This document shows positions 50,001-63,800 of a stretch of DNA of 64,000 bases, one piece after another. The position numbers were made by a program, and so were the translations under genes. The notes beneath the pieces are model-generated. The model saw only the letters and a list, made by a program, of their open reading frames with translations, was not told the origin of the DNA and ran no database searches. Position 1 is the first letter of the stretch. Each line of letters opens with the position of its first letter. This stretch comes from Toensbergia leucococca. Lineage: Eukaryota. Where the stretch lies: the NCBI GenBank assembly GCA_022813965.1, contig JALDZS010000021.1, forward strand, positions 62,001 through 126,000, in the 5' to 3' direction.

Positions 50001-51554
50001 CTAACTCTCAAACACCAAACTCATCCCATCATCCCCCGCAGTAACCACCCTCCCACCTCCCATCACAAACCCCAACACCCCTCCACCCTCCCCTTCCCCC
50101 CTGTGCCCCCTCCACTCCCCCACCATCCCTCCCCCAACCCCAACCGCAGTCCCACCCCTAACATCCCACCTCCTTACCACCCCATCCATCCCCGCACTAA
50201 CAAGCGCCCAACTCCCCACCTCCCTCACAAACTCCACCTGCACGACCGCAAACGCCTCGTGTGCGTCCCGGATATGCCGCCGCACGGCAAAACGATGCGC
50301 GTGGTCAAAGAGAGCGATGCTGCCGTCCACGCTGCCGGCTGCAAGGAGGGTTAGCGGGGCCGGAGAGAAGGAGAGCGTTTCAATGCCATCGGTTTGGGCT
50401 TGCAGGCTTGCGAGAATTTGGCCCGCTTGGCCCCCTCCCGTGGCGCTGCTGTCTGTGGAGGGCGCCGCGGCGGGCTTTTTGGAACCGCCACCAGGTCTGG
50501 ATTTGGCGCCGCTGTTGCCTCTTTGACTTTTTGTGGTCGCAACGGACGAGATTTGAGGTTCTGAGGGGTCTCGGAGGATGGGGAGACCGATGATGCGGAT
50601 TAAGCCGTTTGCGCCGCCGACGGCTGCAAAGGCGCCCGAGGGCGCAATGGCCACGCTGTATAAACCCCCTTCTACTGCGAAGCGTTGGTCTTCGGCTGTG
50701 AGACCAACGATGGCTTGGCTTTGCGATCCTGGCACTCCTGCGGCGGCCGCTTCGCCGAAAACGTCCCAGACGTAGAAACTGCCCTCTTCGCTGACTGTGG
50801 CGAGCAATTTACCGTCTGGGGTCCAGGCGCCTGCGGTACATGATTCGGTATGGAGATAGTAGGCTTGGAGGACTTGTAGAGGCGAGGCCCCGTCTGCGGT
50901 GGACTCGACGCTGTAGACCCAGACACTACCGTCGGAGGCGCCGAGGGCGACAGTGTTGGGGTAAGAGGGATGAGGGCAGGGGATGAGGAAATTGATTTCG
51001 GGGACTTCTTGGGATTCGGCGAGGAAGGAGTAGGTGTCGTTTGCGGTTGTGTGAGCCCGGAGGCGACCGTCGAGTCCGGCTGTTAGGAGGTAGGCGCCGG
51101 TTGGAAGGGTGAATGTTAAGGCGTTGATAGAGTCAGTGTGACCGGAGATTTCAGCGAGAGGGGAGAGAGAGGCGCGAGGGGTCGGAGTGGGAGAGGGGTT
51201 TGATTCGTAGGAAGGAGGGAGAACAGGGTTGGGGAGGGCGGTGGAGAAGACGTAAGATGTGTCGTCACCGCTACCTGTGGCGACTATGGAGGGCTTGAGA
51301 GGGTGTTGGGCGATACAGAAGATGGAGTCAGTGTGATGGTCGAAATGGGCGATGGAGTCATTTTGGAGCTGGATTTCTTGGTCTGGGTCTTGAGGTTCTA
51401 GGTCCAAATCTTCGGGGTCGGAGTCCATGGGATGATCTGGGTCGGAGAAGATCTCTTCATCTGCTTCTGCGGGGTCCAGCATTGCCGCTTCCTCTTCCTG
51501 TTCTTCTGCTTCAAGGGGCTCATTGGCGTTGTGGGCCGTATGCGAGGGAGCCAT
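50001..51554 (-). CDS. SQT1: WD40 ribosome-assembly chaperone Sqt1/AAMP-like
   Basis: Intronless. Acidic N-terminus, LQNDSIAHFDHHTDSIF, multiple WD repeats (GHTDSINAL, TAGLDG, GASDGSVWV, SAGMDGVVRRWD). Confidence 0.85.
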   Translation of the reverse strand: MAPSHTAHNANEPLEAEEQEEEAAMLDPAEADEEIFSDPDHPMDSDPEDLDLEPQDPDQEIQLQNDSIAHFDHHTDSIFCIAQHPLKPSIVATGSGDDTSYVFSTALPNPVLPPSYESNPSPTPTPRASLSPLAEISGHTDSINALTFTLPTGAYLLTAGLDGRLRAHTTANDTYSFLAESQEVPEINFLIPCPHPSYPNTVALGASDGSVWVYSVESTADGASPLQVLQAYYLHTESCTAGAWTPDGKLLATVSEEGSFYVWDVFGEAAAAGVPGSQSQAIVGLTAEDQRFAVEGGLYSVAIAPSGAFAAVGGANGLIRIIGLPILRDPSEPQISSVATTKSQRGNSGAKSRPGGGSKKPAAAPSTDSSATGGGQAGQILASLQAQTDGIETLSFSPAPLTLLAAGSVDGSIALFDHAHRFAVRRHIRDAHEAFAVVQVEFVREVGSWALVSAGMDGVVRRWDVRGGTAVGVGGGMVGEWRGHRGEGEGGGVLGFVMGGGRVVTAGDDGMSLVFES

Positions 51555-52021
51555 TGTGGGGTAGAACGAGTAGGAAGAGTGTGGATAGTGGTATAAGATC
51601 TCGAGTTTCCTAGACAGTGTATAAAGAGCTGGAGTTCGTTAGCTGATGAGTTCTGAGAGGAATTATTGATATTCGCACACTGAGGCTTACCAATGCTGTA
51701 TTCGATTCCGAATTGACAATTAAATCTGTAAATTTGTCATAGGCAAACATGACAAACAATTTCAGCCTTACAAACAGCCCTAGCGGTTTATTCGCTCCGC
51801 AGGTTTCTTTCCTTCATAGTCGTCCGCTTTCTACTGTAATATTTGCAATCAATGGGGGTCTGAATGATTGGGCTATTCATGTCATTTCTCTTTTGTTCCA
51901 CTCTACATTTTCGGTGTACCAAAAAACTACGCCCCCATCATCTTGCTACGTTACCTCGAGTCCTTCTCTCCAAATACGCGCCTTATCCCTCCATGTGCGT
52001 CTTGGAGGTTGCTTCAAAGCT

Positions 52022-53064
52022 TTACTGCGCGAGCCCAATGACACCTACTCGCATCGTCGTATCAGCCCAGCCTTCACAGGAGGAGTAAAGAAAGAAAAAA
52101 GAACATGGAGAGAAGGAGATGAGACACATAGGGAACTCACCGCATGCTGGTCGACCTCCTGCATTTCCCGTCGTCTTACTTTGTTCATGGCCACCCTTGC
52201 CGAGGTCGTCGGTACCGGCATGTACGACAATCGTACGCTATTGATGTCGTGAAATTAGAGTCAGTCATTTTTATCCAAGAAGAATCAATACGTTTCCCCA
52301 TCCATAGACACAGTGGATGTGTTTCCTCAGTCACTCTGAGCCGCCTAGTCATGACGAAAACGATGTTCTTCGAGACGGTGCGGTGGAACTCACTCCCAAA
52401 ACGCTCTCAGGTCCAATCAATTTGACCTGACTATCACTTATTTCACCCTTGGCATTACCCTGTGCATCAGTCTTGAAGTTGCCGAGATCTCCGACATGAC
52501 GCTCGCTATCGGAGGGGGCGCCATGAGTTTTGGAAAAGGGGTTGACTAAGTCAGCAGTGACCATGCCAGTGATCAGTAAATACTCTATGAATGCGGATAG
52601 CAATCGAAATGAGAAAGGAAAAACTTACAGTGTGGTCCTGCACTAGTACAGCCATTGGTGTTGTCGCCGAATTGATGGACATGCATGCCGCGTTCGGCCG
52701 ACTCATCGTGACCGGTGATGTTGTAGGAGATGGTAGTCGGAGAGGACTCGGAGGTTTGCTCGAAGCTGACGGTGCCGCTCACCTTCGAGTCACCGCGGAG
52801 GACTGCAACTGTATGGGAGACATATTAGTCGTTATGGGTAACAATTCTCGGGGGGTTGAGCCTGGACGGAGGAAGAAGAAGAGATTGAAAAGTCTAGATG
52901 GAGAAGAGCGCATTCTCGGTTAGGCCTGCTGCTGCAAGCCGCTTAGGTTGTTGTGCTGCTTTCCGCCCTTCCGCACTCTCTCATGTGCTCAAATGTGCTC
53001 ATCCGCCGAAGCAGAGCTCTAGTCTCATGCATAAGAGGGGTTCAAACTTACCAGCTTTAACCAT
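52022..53064 (-). CDS. SOD1: Cu/Zn superoxide dismutase
   Basis: Five exons: ATGGTTAAAGCTG (53064-53052), [79 protein letters not shown]-stop (52044-52022). Confidence 0.96.
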
Positions 53065-54458
53065 TGTATTGATTGTTGGTGGTTTGTTTCTTGAATATAT
53101 CGAAATCTGGATCAATTGGCTGAAGGTGATGGCTTGATAAAGTTCTTCGAGAGCTGTGATGGATAGGTGGTCGGAAGATGAGAGACAGGTGGGGCAATCA
53201 ACAGAGGGGAAATCAAGTCACGTGAAGATACTTAATCCTTCGAGTGACGTCTACCTACATTCTCCACGACTCCTTTTCTTCTCTTATATCAGAATTTCTG
53301 TATTTCAAATCCTTCTTCATGCTTACATCCACCGAGGAGTTCCAGGACGGCCCTTTTCTTATGTTGTATTTCCGTGGGTGTTAGCCTCCTCAAGATTCCA
53401 AAGCAAGACATCAAAATTTCCATGTATCATAACTGTCTTTCGTCCTCTCTTCCATGGCGAAGATCAGATTCCACCACTGTAGAACAATTAAGAAAAGCCT
53501 TTGCTGGTACTGCTGATAAATTTTTCAGTTCAACACAGTCAGAATGAAGCATAGTGACAGCCAAGGCAATACCGCTTCTATGTGATCTAGTGTGCGATGA
53601 GGATGGGATGCTCATTACAGGATCATTGCTTTTGTGTATCTAAATACCTCAATTTCATCGTCAGCCGATCGTGCCAGTGCTCCGTGAAGCTCTGAAGAGG
53701 AATGCTCAAATGGAAATGGACCTCTTCGGCAAAATAGCACATCAAGGGACGATTCTGAGACTCTTATAAAACGAAACAGCCAATAGACTACAAAGCCCAA
53801 GGCCTAAGAAGATAGCCTCAGACGACCGGAAATTGCAAGAGAGCAAGGCAAGCAGCACGCGGAATAATCAAAGGGTCCCTGACTAGAGGTAGGAGATACT
53901 ACCTTACGAAAACACCTCGGACCCACTGCTCATTGGCTCGATTGTCCAAAAGGCCCATCAATGACACTCGCCCATGGTCCTGGGTGCTCCCAATCCACAT
54001 AAGGATAAGGTATCTCACTCCTCTGCCCGCCTCTGACGGGCAGCACAGGCTTTCCCCAAGGCCGAAATGTGAGAACATCTGCCTCTACCAAGATCGGAAA
54101 AAAGAAACCAACCCCAAACCAAGCCATGCCTTTTTCCGCGGTAGAACACGTAGCATACGCGCTCAAAAGAAGCATTTCTGGGCCAAACAATTCCTCGATT
54201 TATAGTACTGCCAGCACTCGGAGTCATAATTTAGCACTAAGAGCTTTCCTACAAAAACCTTTGAAGAGAGAGAGAGAATGCACCCCACAGAAGAAAGAGA
54301 AGATGCTTCGCATAAATTTCTCCCCTGCTGTAAAAAGCAGACGTTCATGAAGCCCATATGTCAGTCATCATAGAGAACGGACCCCGTCCATCCAATAGAA
54401 ACCCCCCCAAGTACCACAATAAAAAATGAACGCCAACCATTTGACCCAAAAGGAAGCC

Positions 54459-57400
54459 TCATTCCTTCAAACCCTCATTGACAATCATCTCCACTACAAT
54501 CTGGCTTCTCTCATATTCTGGATGTTGCATGCAAATCTTGACTGTTCCTTTCTTCCCTTCCCCCCCTCCTCCATCATCCAAAAGCCTCACATCCTTGCCA
54601 CTAACCACCTGTCTCAACCGCCCATTCACAGCGTTCCTCACCTCGACAAATCCGCCTCCGATATCGACGAGAACAAGGTACATACCCCCGTACAAAACCG
54701 CCTGCTTTGCACGTCCCACAAACTCCATTACCACGGCGCGAGACACGTCGCCGAGCTTGTCAACGTAGATACCGACTTCCTCAAAGACAAGTAAGAACTC
54801 ACTGTCCGAAAGCCGAAACATTCCCAGAGGTTTCTGATCGCGGATGCGAGCAGCGATCGAGGCGCAATCCGGGGGCTTGAGGTCAGGTATGGAAAACGGA
54901 ACTTTCTTATCCAGGGTAAGGACCTCGAACCCTCTCGCCGATGCGATGGCCAAGCTTGAATGAAAAAGATTGATGGCATACGTTTCGCTAGGGACATAGA
55001 AATCGTCAAAGTCACGGAAGAATTCTGTTGTTCCTTTGCGCATTCCGAATCGACCCCTTGAGGATGTCGACGATTTTTGGTAGACGGGCTCTAAGACTTT
55101 GAAAGTGGAAGAGATACCTTCACGTTTCTTGTAGAAAACAAGCGTGCGATCTTTCATCCGGCCAGTAGCAAAAAAGCCAACGTCGCGGGCTCCGGACAAT
55201 TTCTGGGGTGCACGTCGGGATGAGGGTTCAGGATTAGCTGAGAGAGGGCAGACAGCATCAAGGTGATAGGCTATGAGCGATTTGTCGGCTATGACGAGGA
55301 ACAGAGAGAACTCTTCGAGGACGGCGATTTGAGTTACACGGACTGCAGCAATGGCCTGGTGGATTGCGATTAGTCTTAAGGATGGTGCAAGCACCTCACG
55401 TGGAGCCACTTACTCGTGCCCATCCTCGAGGATTATTGTAGTCGGATATGTAAACACCATAGTCAGTACCCACAGCAATTTTCTGGTCGCCGTATGGCTG
55501 AGTGAAAGCGGTGGCACAATTCACAGAAGCCCTACACACTGGTCCTGGGCGTGCGACGGTGCTGTCAAAAGTCTTTTCCACTTCTCGAATGGCGCGGTCA
55601 AGAGGTGTATCTTTAATAATTATGCTTTTCCCACCTCCTGATATAGCATCGTAAGCAAAAGCCGTATCGGCCACCACTCGTAACCGGAAAGGTTCGGCGT
55701 TTTGAGTAAAAAGCGATGCTGCATGCCTTGTCTTTGCTTCAATGATCTTATCGCACCAATCCTGGCGATTCTGTATCGTTGGAGCATAAAGAACGTACAC
55801 CTCGCTCTTACCAAGATGCTTAATTCGGAAAGGGAACATGAGCCTTTCATCTTTGGGGCTGTCGAGTACAGTCGTCGACATTACCGTCTTACCAGAACCA
55901 TTGGTATTTACTGAAGCTAAGGAAGTTTCCGTATTTGTTTTGGAGAGGGTTCCCGGACCAGCAGTGCCATTTTGGTTGGAAATTGTTCGACCCAAGCGGA
56001 TATCCTGTGGCGCTTGACCCCTGGTGGAGACAGTGGAGACAGAAGCGATGCCCTTGACGGTGGATTTCACTACTGCGTCATCGTTTGCAGTCTCCAAAAC
56101 GAGGAGGTCCATTGGGATAGGCTAGAGTTGTCGTCAGTCATTTGTCCATAGTACTCTGTCAGCAGGAACGTCTAACCAGTTTCGAGACATCATATTTGTC
56201 GTACTTCAAGCCCCCAGCACCATCCCGCGTCGAGGTGGTCTTTGCGAGTACTAAATAATGGTCAAAGAGTATGGCATGCGTCTCGAGCCAGGTGAACTTG
56301 TTAGAACCTGTCCTCTGTAGATCTCCCTTGAAAATGATTTCTCTACCAAGATGTGTCAGATTCAATTGCACTTTTTCCATGCCAGGTCGGAGGACTAGTT
56401 TGGACGCCAGTTCGGACAGATCGACGTGCTTTGACATTTCAGCAACCCGAGCATCGCACTCCAATGTAACGTGTCGGATCTCTTCGATTGCCGTCTGCAG
56501 GTTGGCTTTCTCCTCAGTGTCCTGTACCATGTTCTTGTAAACAGTCGAAAGCAATAGGCTGTAGCGCTGAAGCCTTGTGATTGGTGCCTTGAGATAAGTA
56601 TCCCAACCGAGACGTTTGGATTGCTCGTTCTCTCTCATTTGGTCCAGAAATTGCCGGAAAAGAATGTTTCGCTCTGCCTCTTGCCTTACTAAGAAAGTTG
56701 CATTCGGAAAGCTTGCAGCGTATTCAATATACGCATGTCTGGCCTTTCGGATCCATTCCCGGAATATTTCGCTAAAGCCGACTATCCAAGGGCCTTGCTC
56801 TTGTTGGCGGTACTTCAACTGGGCGAGTAGATAATCCTCATTAACTTGCTTAACCGCGGTAACTTTACCAAACACTTCGCTGAGAAAGCTTGCCTTTCTC
56901 TTCGGCGGAAGGATGGGTGGTTGCCATTTCGCAAGCTCGTCTCTGTACAGTAGATTAAGCACATTAAGCTGGTCCATGAACGAGTCCTCAGTCGTCACAA
57001 TTTCGTGCAAGTTGTTCTGGCGTTCAATCTCCTTCTTGCTCACGCCTTCGAGGTCTTCCTTCTTTACTTTATAAAACGTAGCCCAGTCTTCCACTTTGCG
57101 CTGAGGCTCTAAGACCTGTGCCTGTAGGTTAATCTTTCTCAAAGTTCGCATGCAGTGATGGGCATAACATCTCCCAGGAATTGTCTGTGTGTGCACTCGT
57201 GAAGAGTAGCATCCAGTGCCTGTCAGCTGGAATAGAACACCTGACATCGGCTCGGCTCCAAATTTAACCCATTCTTCCTCTTTCAGCAGAGTTCCCGTAT
57301 TGAGCATAGAACTGACAACTCGAGCGCCTAATATCTCAGCATCGGCGGTGTTCATAGTAGGTACCTTATGAGTGAACAGCGCTACAATCCCATCGATAAT

Positions 57401-59935
57401 AGCATTTTCCTTCAGGTCAGCTTCGCCGTCACTCATTTCCTTTATCCAAGCCACGATTGAGCTCAGCGCCCAGGGCTCTGAGCATCTTCTAAAATCGTTT
57501 GTAGAGAGCTTTCCAGGGTTGAACTTTTTGCGTCCAGGTATTTCTGGAAGCCCTAAGAGTTCTGCACTTTGAGGTAACGAGGAATCAAGTCCAATATCTG
57601 ATCCGTACGCAGATGCTGTCCGGAGCCCTGCCAGTTGTTGCATCTTATTTATCTTTGCTCTACGTTCCTCCGCATCTGTCTTCGAGCGTATTGGTGGCAC
57701 GGTTTGCGGAGTACTGCTATGACTGATCAAGGATGAAGATCTTGGCACAGGCGTACCTGATGGAGAGAGCAACTGGTTGTAAGCATCTGGAGCAGGTGGG
57801 TATGAGGGATGCCCATACTGGTCGAACAGCTGCGACCTCTCAGGATTCTGGTACGAGCCTGCCGGCATCAGCTGCGGTATGCGGTTGCTATCCAGAGAGC
57901 CGATAGGTGCTGGTGGCAATGGGCGACTCGGGCTTGCTCCTGGACGATAAAGCATATCTTGGGACCCCTCGAACGAGGGGCTTTGAATGCCTGAAGTCTG
58001 ACCTCCCTCAGACCCTTCCAATATTGACTCGTCACCATCGTCGAAACTGAGCCGTCTTGGGTGTGGACTTGGCTCTGACAGGCCACCGGTACCACCAGTG
58101 TCAACTCTTGCGCCAATAGTAGGCGGAAATGGATGTATGTCATCTTGATTAGGTATCCAATAATTATTAAGACTACCATATGCTTCCATTTCCGCATTGG
58201 ACCTCTCAGATTGGCGTAATGATTCCAGTGGGCTGGACGTCGAAAGTGATTGATCACCATAGTGCATGTGGCCTTGAAATCCGCCGCCATAAGAATCCAT
58301 ATCAACATGGACATCACTGTCGCTGCTGTGCTCAGCAGAGTTATCAAGGAGGCTTGCGTTGCCATTGAATTCCGATGCTTCATCAGTACCACTGTGCCTT
58401 CTAGCTTCGTCGGCAGCCTCTTGTTCTTCGGCCATTTGCATAGCTGCTAATCCAGCGAGTGCCTCAGCATCGCTTCCATCACTGTATGCGTCGCTGAGTC
58501 TATTTTGACCCGAGCCAAAGTCGCCGGTGTGGCCATTCGTGTGGGTATGACTCGTATCAGGGGCTAGGCTAGTCTGTGAAGCTCCTGAGAATAGCGGCCG
58601 AGGTTCCTGGTCATCGTCTCTTGGTGTGTGAACGTCGATTCTCTCAAGTCGCGGACTTCGGTGCCTAACAGTTGGAGCAGGCGCTGTCCCCATAACAGCG
58701 GCCTCAACCTCTTTTAGCAGATCTTCATAGCCACCTCCCTCTTCGAGCGTATCACGCGTAACAAGCGTACCATTTCTGTGGTCAAAATATTCCGAATCAG
58801 AGTCCGATGCTGATGGAGGGCCAGGAAGGGGTCGAGCCTGTGGGTGTCGCCATGTAGAGTTCATGCGCTCTGGCGAGTGTTGCGGGGGTGGCGGCCCGGG
58901 CGTCGAAGGCAGCGAGTTTCCTGGCGTAGGTATGGGTGGACTTACTTGGGGATTCATAGTGGCCATCACACTCGAATTGAGGTTCGGCTGGTTCTTAGGT
59001 AGCGACGGCAAGCGGTTTTGATTCGAGACCCTGTTCTCCAATGGCTGCTGCTGGCCATAACGTGAAGTGGGAATGATTTGAGAGTAAGGGCGATTTGGTG
59101 CTGCTGAGAGAGCACTGGAAGGAAAGCCATCACGGTTTGGCGAAAATGGCGGCGGAGGTGGAGCGGGTGGGGTATATGGTGAAGGTCGCGGAGGCAGAGG
59201 AGCGGATCCAGGGAGCGGAGGCAGAGGTGCTTGTCGATAGGACGGCTCCTGTGTATAGTTCGAGTATTGGGAAACAGGGGCCATAGCTGTCCGAGAAAGC
59301 CTGCGAGTGCTGTAAAGCTGCTCGTCTTGCGTTTGAGTCAAGGGCGGTGGCTGGACCGGAAGTGGGATTGGAACAGAAGCTATGTAGCTCTGAGGAAATG
59401 ACCCGTAGGGTTGGCCCGCATAAGCTGCTGGGCGTTGTGCATTCGTTGCTTGGTATGCCGCCGGAACATAGGTTTGATGCTCCGCGCTGAAGTTATTGCT
59501 CATACTAGCATACGCTTGCATATTAAATTGGGACTGCGGTCGTGAATATTGCTGAGGATTGTATGAAGGCTGTGCCGTGGAGACAGCTGGAGGCACATCG
59601 TGATGTCGGTATCCGCCAGCGCTGGGGACATGTGAAGCAGACCGAATCTGAGGTGGTGGGCTCGATGCTCTTGGGAACAGTGCTTCGTTCGGCACGCCAG
59701 TATTGCTTCCCGGCATATATCCTCTGCTACCATATGCATGCTCCTCTAGGCCCCCATTTGCCTCTTGCGGGAGTCCTGCATCATCTCCGTCGTCAAAGCT
59801 GGGCGTCCTTCGCGTGTAGCGTTCCTGGCGCAATCGTGGGGGGACGTGACCTTCGTACTGGAAAGGGGGCGCTGAAGAGCCTTGTGGGTTAGTGTACTGG
59901 CCTTGCTGCCCGCGACCATTTTGGGGATAAGCCAT
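54459..59935 (-). CDS. Rho guanine-nucleotide exchange factor, DH-PH-CNH (Rgf3/Tus1/Rom-type)
   Basis: Three exons. Long Pro-rich N-terminus, ERQNNLHEIVTTE and APITRLQRYSLLL (DH), LFDHYLVLAK (PH), C-terminal CNH (VTQIAVLEEFSLFLVIADKSL). Confidence 0.92.
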
Positions 59936-60804
59936 ATGGATCCTGTTGAGTCCAGGGCCTTGGGCCAGACGCCAGGACTCGGTACGTGGGCACTATGCGA
60001 GAGACAGAACAGGCGACCCGACTAGAGCTACAAAGCTTCTAGAGATAGAATAGAAGATACGTAGTGAGCTAAATGATGCGCAAGAGTACATGCCGAGGGC
60101 ACAAAGGCAAGCTCTCCTTCAGCCAGGTCCTCTAATGTGGTTGTACTCGGAAAGCGTGTGGCCTCCAAATAGCCAGGCGCAACTCTCCTATTTTAACACA
60201 TACTAGTCGAGCAAATGCTATATTCCCATATGTTCGACCTGAGCTCGCGACTCACGACGAAGTGCAAGTGGACGAGGTGAAGTGTACATGGGCGGGGAGT
60301 CGATGTGATGGATTCCTGCTGTCCCGGGTAAGGACAGGGCGATGGATAAGTCGGAGAGCTTCGAAGAGCACGATGGCTCAAGGCTAGGCGTGAGGGAGGG
60401 TCATGAAATGGTCGAGGCACCTTGGGATGGCTCAGCAGTCGGCCTGATACAGGAGCTTCTGGTTGTGACGTTCTTGGCTCTTGGCTAACCCACAAGGCTG
60501 AGATAATTAACCGAATCCCGCGATTCGGTTCTTTTTTGCCACTCAACTTCGGCCCTCGACCCGACGACGGAGAATTGGTCTTACCTTGTGTTTCATAATT
60601 TCTACGAGTGCAACACATAAGCAAACAATCTAGTATGCAGCATCTGCACTGAATTGAACCCCCAGTCTCAAGTTACAAGACTCATCCGGATACGAGTACA
60701 TCATATCAATGACTACCGCTTTTCTAACGAAGTACTCCGTAGCCCTGCCGGACTTACAGAGCTCAGTCACTGTTCCATGTCAAACGCCTGTAAGAGGATT
60801 CGAT

Positions 60805-63800
60805 TTATCGCCCGTCATGCCGCTGTATGCAATCCCATTCGTACTGTGTTCATTAGCCATAAAGAAATCGTGTTGTAAAGCATGGAATTCATACAACTCG
60901 TCCATCCTCATCCCCTGTGTACACCACTTGCGCCATAGGTAATATACAAGTCATGGCTGCACTCACGTTGAAGCCTGCAGGATCTAGATGATTCATGCGC
61001 TTCACATGCTCAAGAACAAAATTACCATCTCTGATCACGTTGCTCCAGATCTGTGACCCTGTTAGCAGAGAGGTTTTGGGACCAGACGTCTTTGGAAAAA
61101 AGCGAACGTTGATTACACCGCGCTTATGGCCCGTGAAAATGAGCTCTCGTTCGAGATACTCACTTCCTGAACCCTCGTAGAAAGCGCAAGATATGATGGT
61201 ATCGTCGCCCTCGACACAGACGTTTTGCTCGAGAAGAAGGTCACCATTGAGTGTGAAAAGGGACACATCGGAGCCGCGACAAAGCATGATGATACCTGTC
61301 ACATCATTGATTCGAGCACACTACAGTCTGTCAGTTCCTTTTTCAGCACCAACGATCGCGCGGGCCTGGCATTACCTCGACGGGCTTTCCAAAAGTCAGC
61401 TTTCGGACAAATTCTAGGCGATTGAGATCCCATAACAAGACCTGCCCATCTGAGGAGGCGGATAAGAGAGCACTAAAGGACCTAGAAACTGCTAGCATGG
61501 TGACTGAGGATCTGTGTCCGAAAAGACATATTTTCGGTTGCAAGTCGACAGATTTTAGGTCTGAGATCACTGCCCAGATGGAAATGGTGCAGTCCGTGCC
61601 AGCTGTGATGAGAGTTCTCGAATCGGCGAAAAGAGCGTATGAGAGTTGCCCTTGGTGGACATGTTCGAAGAGGCTAATGAGCTGTTGCTTCTCAGCGTCG
61701 CTGTGAACACAGTTCGGGCTGAGACTCACCTTCTTGCTCTCGGCCATATAAAATCGCACGCTACCATCAACAAACCCCCATTCCATGTATTTGTCGTAGG
61801 CTGGAGCAATGTTAAGTCGGAAAGCCTCAGAACAGAGGAGACGATCGTGCTTCCAAGAGTACTGTAACGAGGTAACGCGATCACGATTCTCTAGGAAATA
61901 TCAGTGACGAATGCTTCTTGATCATTCAGGATAGTCACCTAATATTGGGAAGGGCAGACGGGTCAAGCTCTCGGCAGTAGTTTCCAGCCTCTCTAGCTTG
62001 TGCTTCGCTTCTTCTCTTTGCGGATGAGCGCGCTGGAAAACTTGATGTGGGGTTTGTCCAAAGTTGTGGATGATACCTATCGTAGCCAACCGCTCAACGG
62101 GATCGTCGATGGCATCTAGATCCTTTGCGCCATGGTACGATAAATGGTGAAACACGTTTGTTGCGTCCAACGCAGCTTCGCCACGCTGCTTGTGACCAAA
62201 CACCAGGTCAATCCAGTTATGCAGATGCCTACTTACATGTTCACTTTCAAGAGCCTCCCGGTGCTTAGCTATGAACACCTTTGGATCTCCTTTAGCCCAG
62301 GGCGGAAGAATGACAGTGTCTATCGCCCCTCCGCTGCCTTGACGTGAACCAAAGTCATACTCGTTGGAGTTGACCAAGAATTCTGGCAAATAATAGAATT
62401 CGGGGGTTAATTCTCTGACATCAGTCATATTATCACGCGAAGCCGATGACCAGGCTTTCTCGATGGAGTAAAACAACCGATCTGGATGATCAAAGCTGCC
62501 TCCTTGGAGCAATAGGTACGATTGTACGAATGGCTGCAGACGAATCAAGTAAGAGGTCACTATCATTGCAGAGGAGTAGTGTGTCCCGTAGTGGAAAGGC
62601 GGCGAATCTTGATCACCCATCTCCGCGAATGAATGGTAACGGTCTCTAAACTCTGCTTCTCTTTCTGGATTTTGGCAGCCCATCGGTTTTGTTAAATCTC
62701 GGAAACTTTGAGGATTGGTGAGATCCATTTCCTCACTTGTATAATCTGCCAGCACCCACGGAAAAACCGGGTACTGGGTTAAGTCATTAAACGTTCGGCC
62801 AGCCATAGTGTTGACAAGCATGAGATAATGGAAATTAGAAATTTCACCCTTTATCCACTTTCGAGTAGCCGGATTCGAAGAGCCATGGCCGAAGACACTC
62901 GTAAACCTAGAACCCAATGACTGCGAGTTGTCTTCAGGAGTTCTCAAGAATTCAATCCTCCAGGAATCTTCACGAGTTGCGGAACGTGAGGGGTCAGATA
63001 CACTCGGAGCCTTGCTAAGGAGTTTCTGGTATAGCTGATCACGTAGCTCAGGTGTGCCAGTCGTCAGCAGATAACTACGTCCATCAATGAAGAAAATCTC
63101 GAGGGCTACATCTCGAAACAAGAAGCGGCGCTTCGAGATACTGAGGACATCGTCCCAACGCCAACTCCGAGTCTCATGATCTGTATTCGGAGGTTTACCT
63201 CCACGCTCCCCTGCTTCTCGTCCAGAAATTAGCTGAAGGTAAGAGTCACGCTCTTCCTGCGGAGCTTGCCAAACATTGACAATTTCACCATCGGACCGTT
63301 GAAACAGATTATCAAGAAGGTACAGAGAGATCTTGCCGAGTATAAGCAAGCCTTCACAAGCCTCTAGCCCAACGATGCGAGACACGTTATGCACATGTTC
63401 GACCTGGTCTCCTCGCTGAAGACTTCTCATAACTTTGCGATTCTTGTCTTCGTAATCCTCGGCCTCTTCCCGAGGATCGTCAACCATTTCAAAGTCATCC
63501 TCTTGCTCTGGTGTCTCGTCTAGCAATCTTGTAGATTGGGGGAGGTCGGAGAGGGGTCCCTCCAGTGTATCTGCATGCTCGCCTTTATCGTTCAAGGAAT
63601 CGGCGCCAAGAGAGCTGGCTTCTGCAGACACTCTTTTCCGAACTCTAAGACTGTTCCGTGTCTTGGATAGACCCTGTATTTGCTTACCTTTCGGCTGGTA
63701 ATCATGTAGGTGTGCGTCTTTGTCGGCAACGAATCGAAGCCTCATTCTATTCCGCCCTTCGGTCTGGTCAAGTTGCCATTTTGTAACACTCAGATCGTCG

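Noticed and set aside
49830..50354. Pro/His-rich plus-strand ORF
   Set aside because: Antisense shadow of the G-rich 3' end of SQT1.
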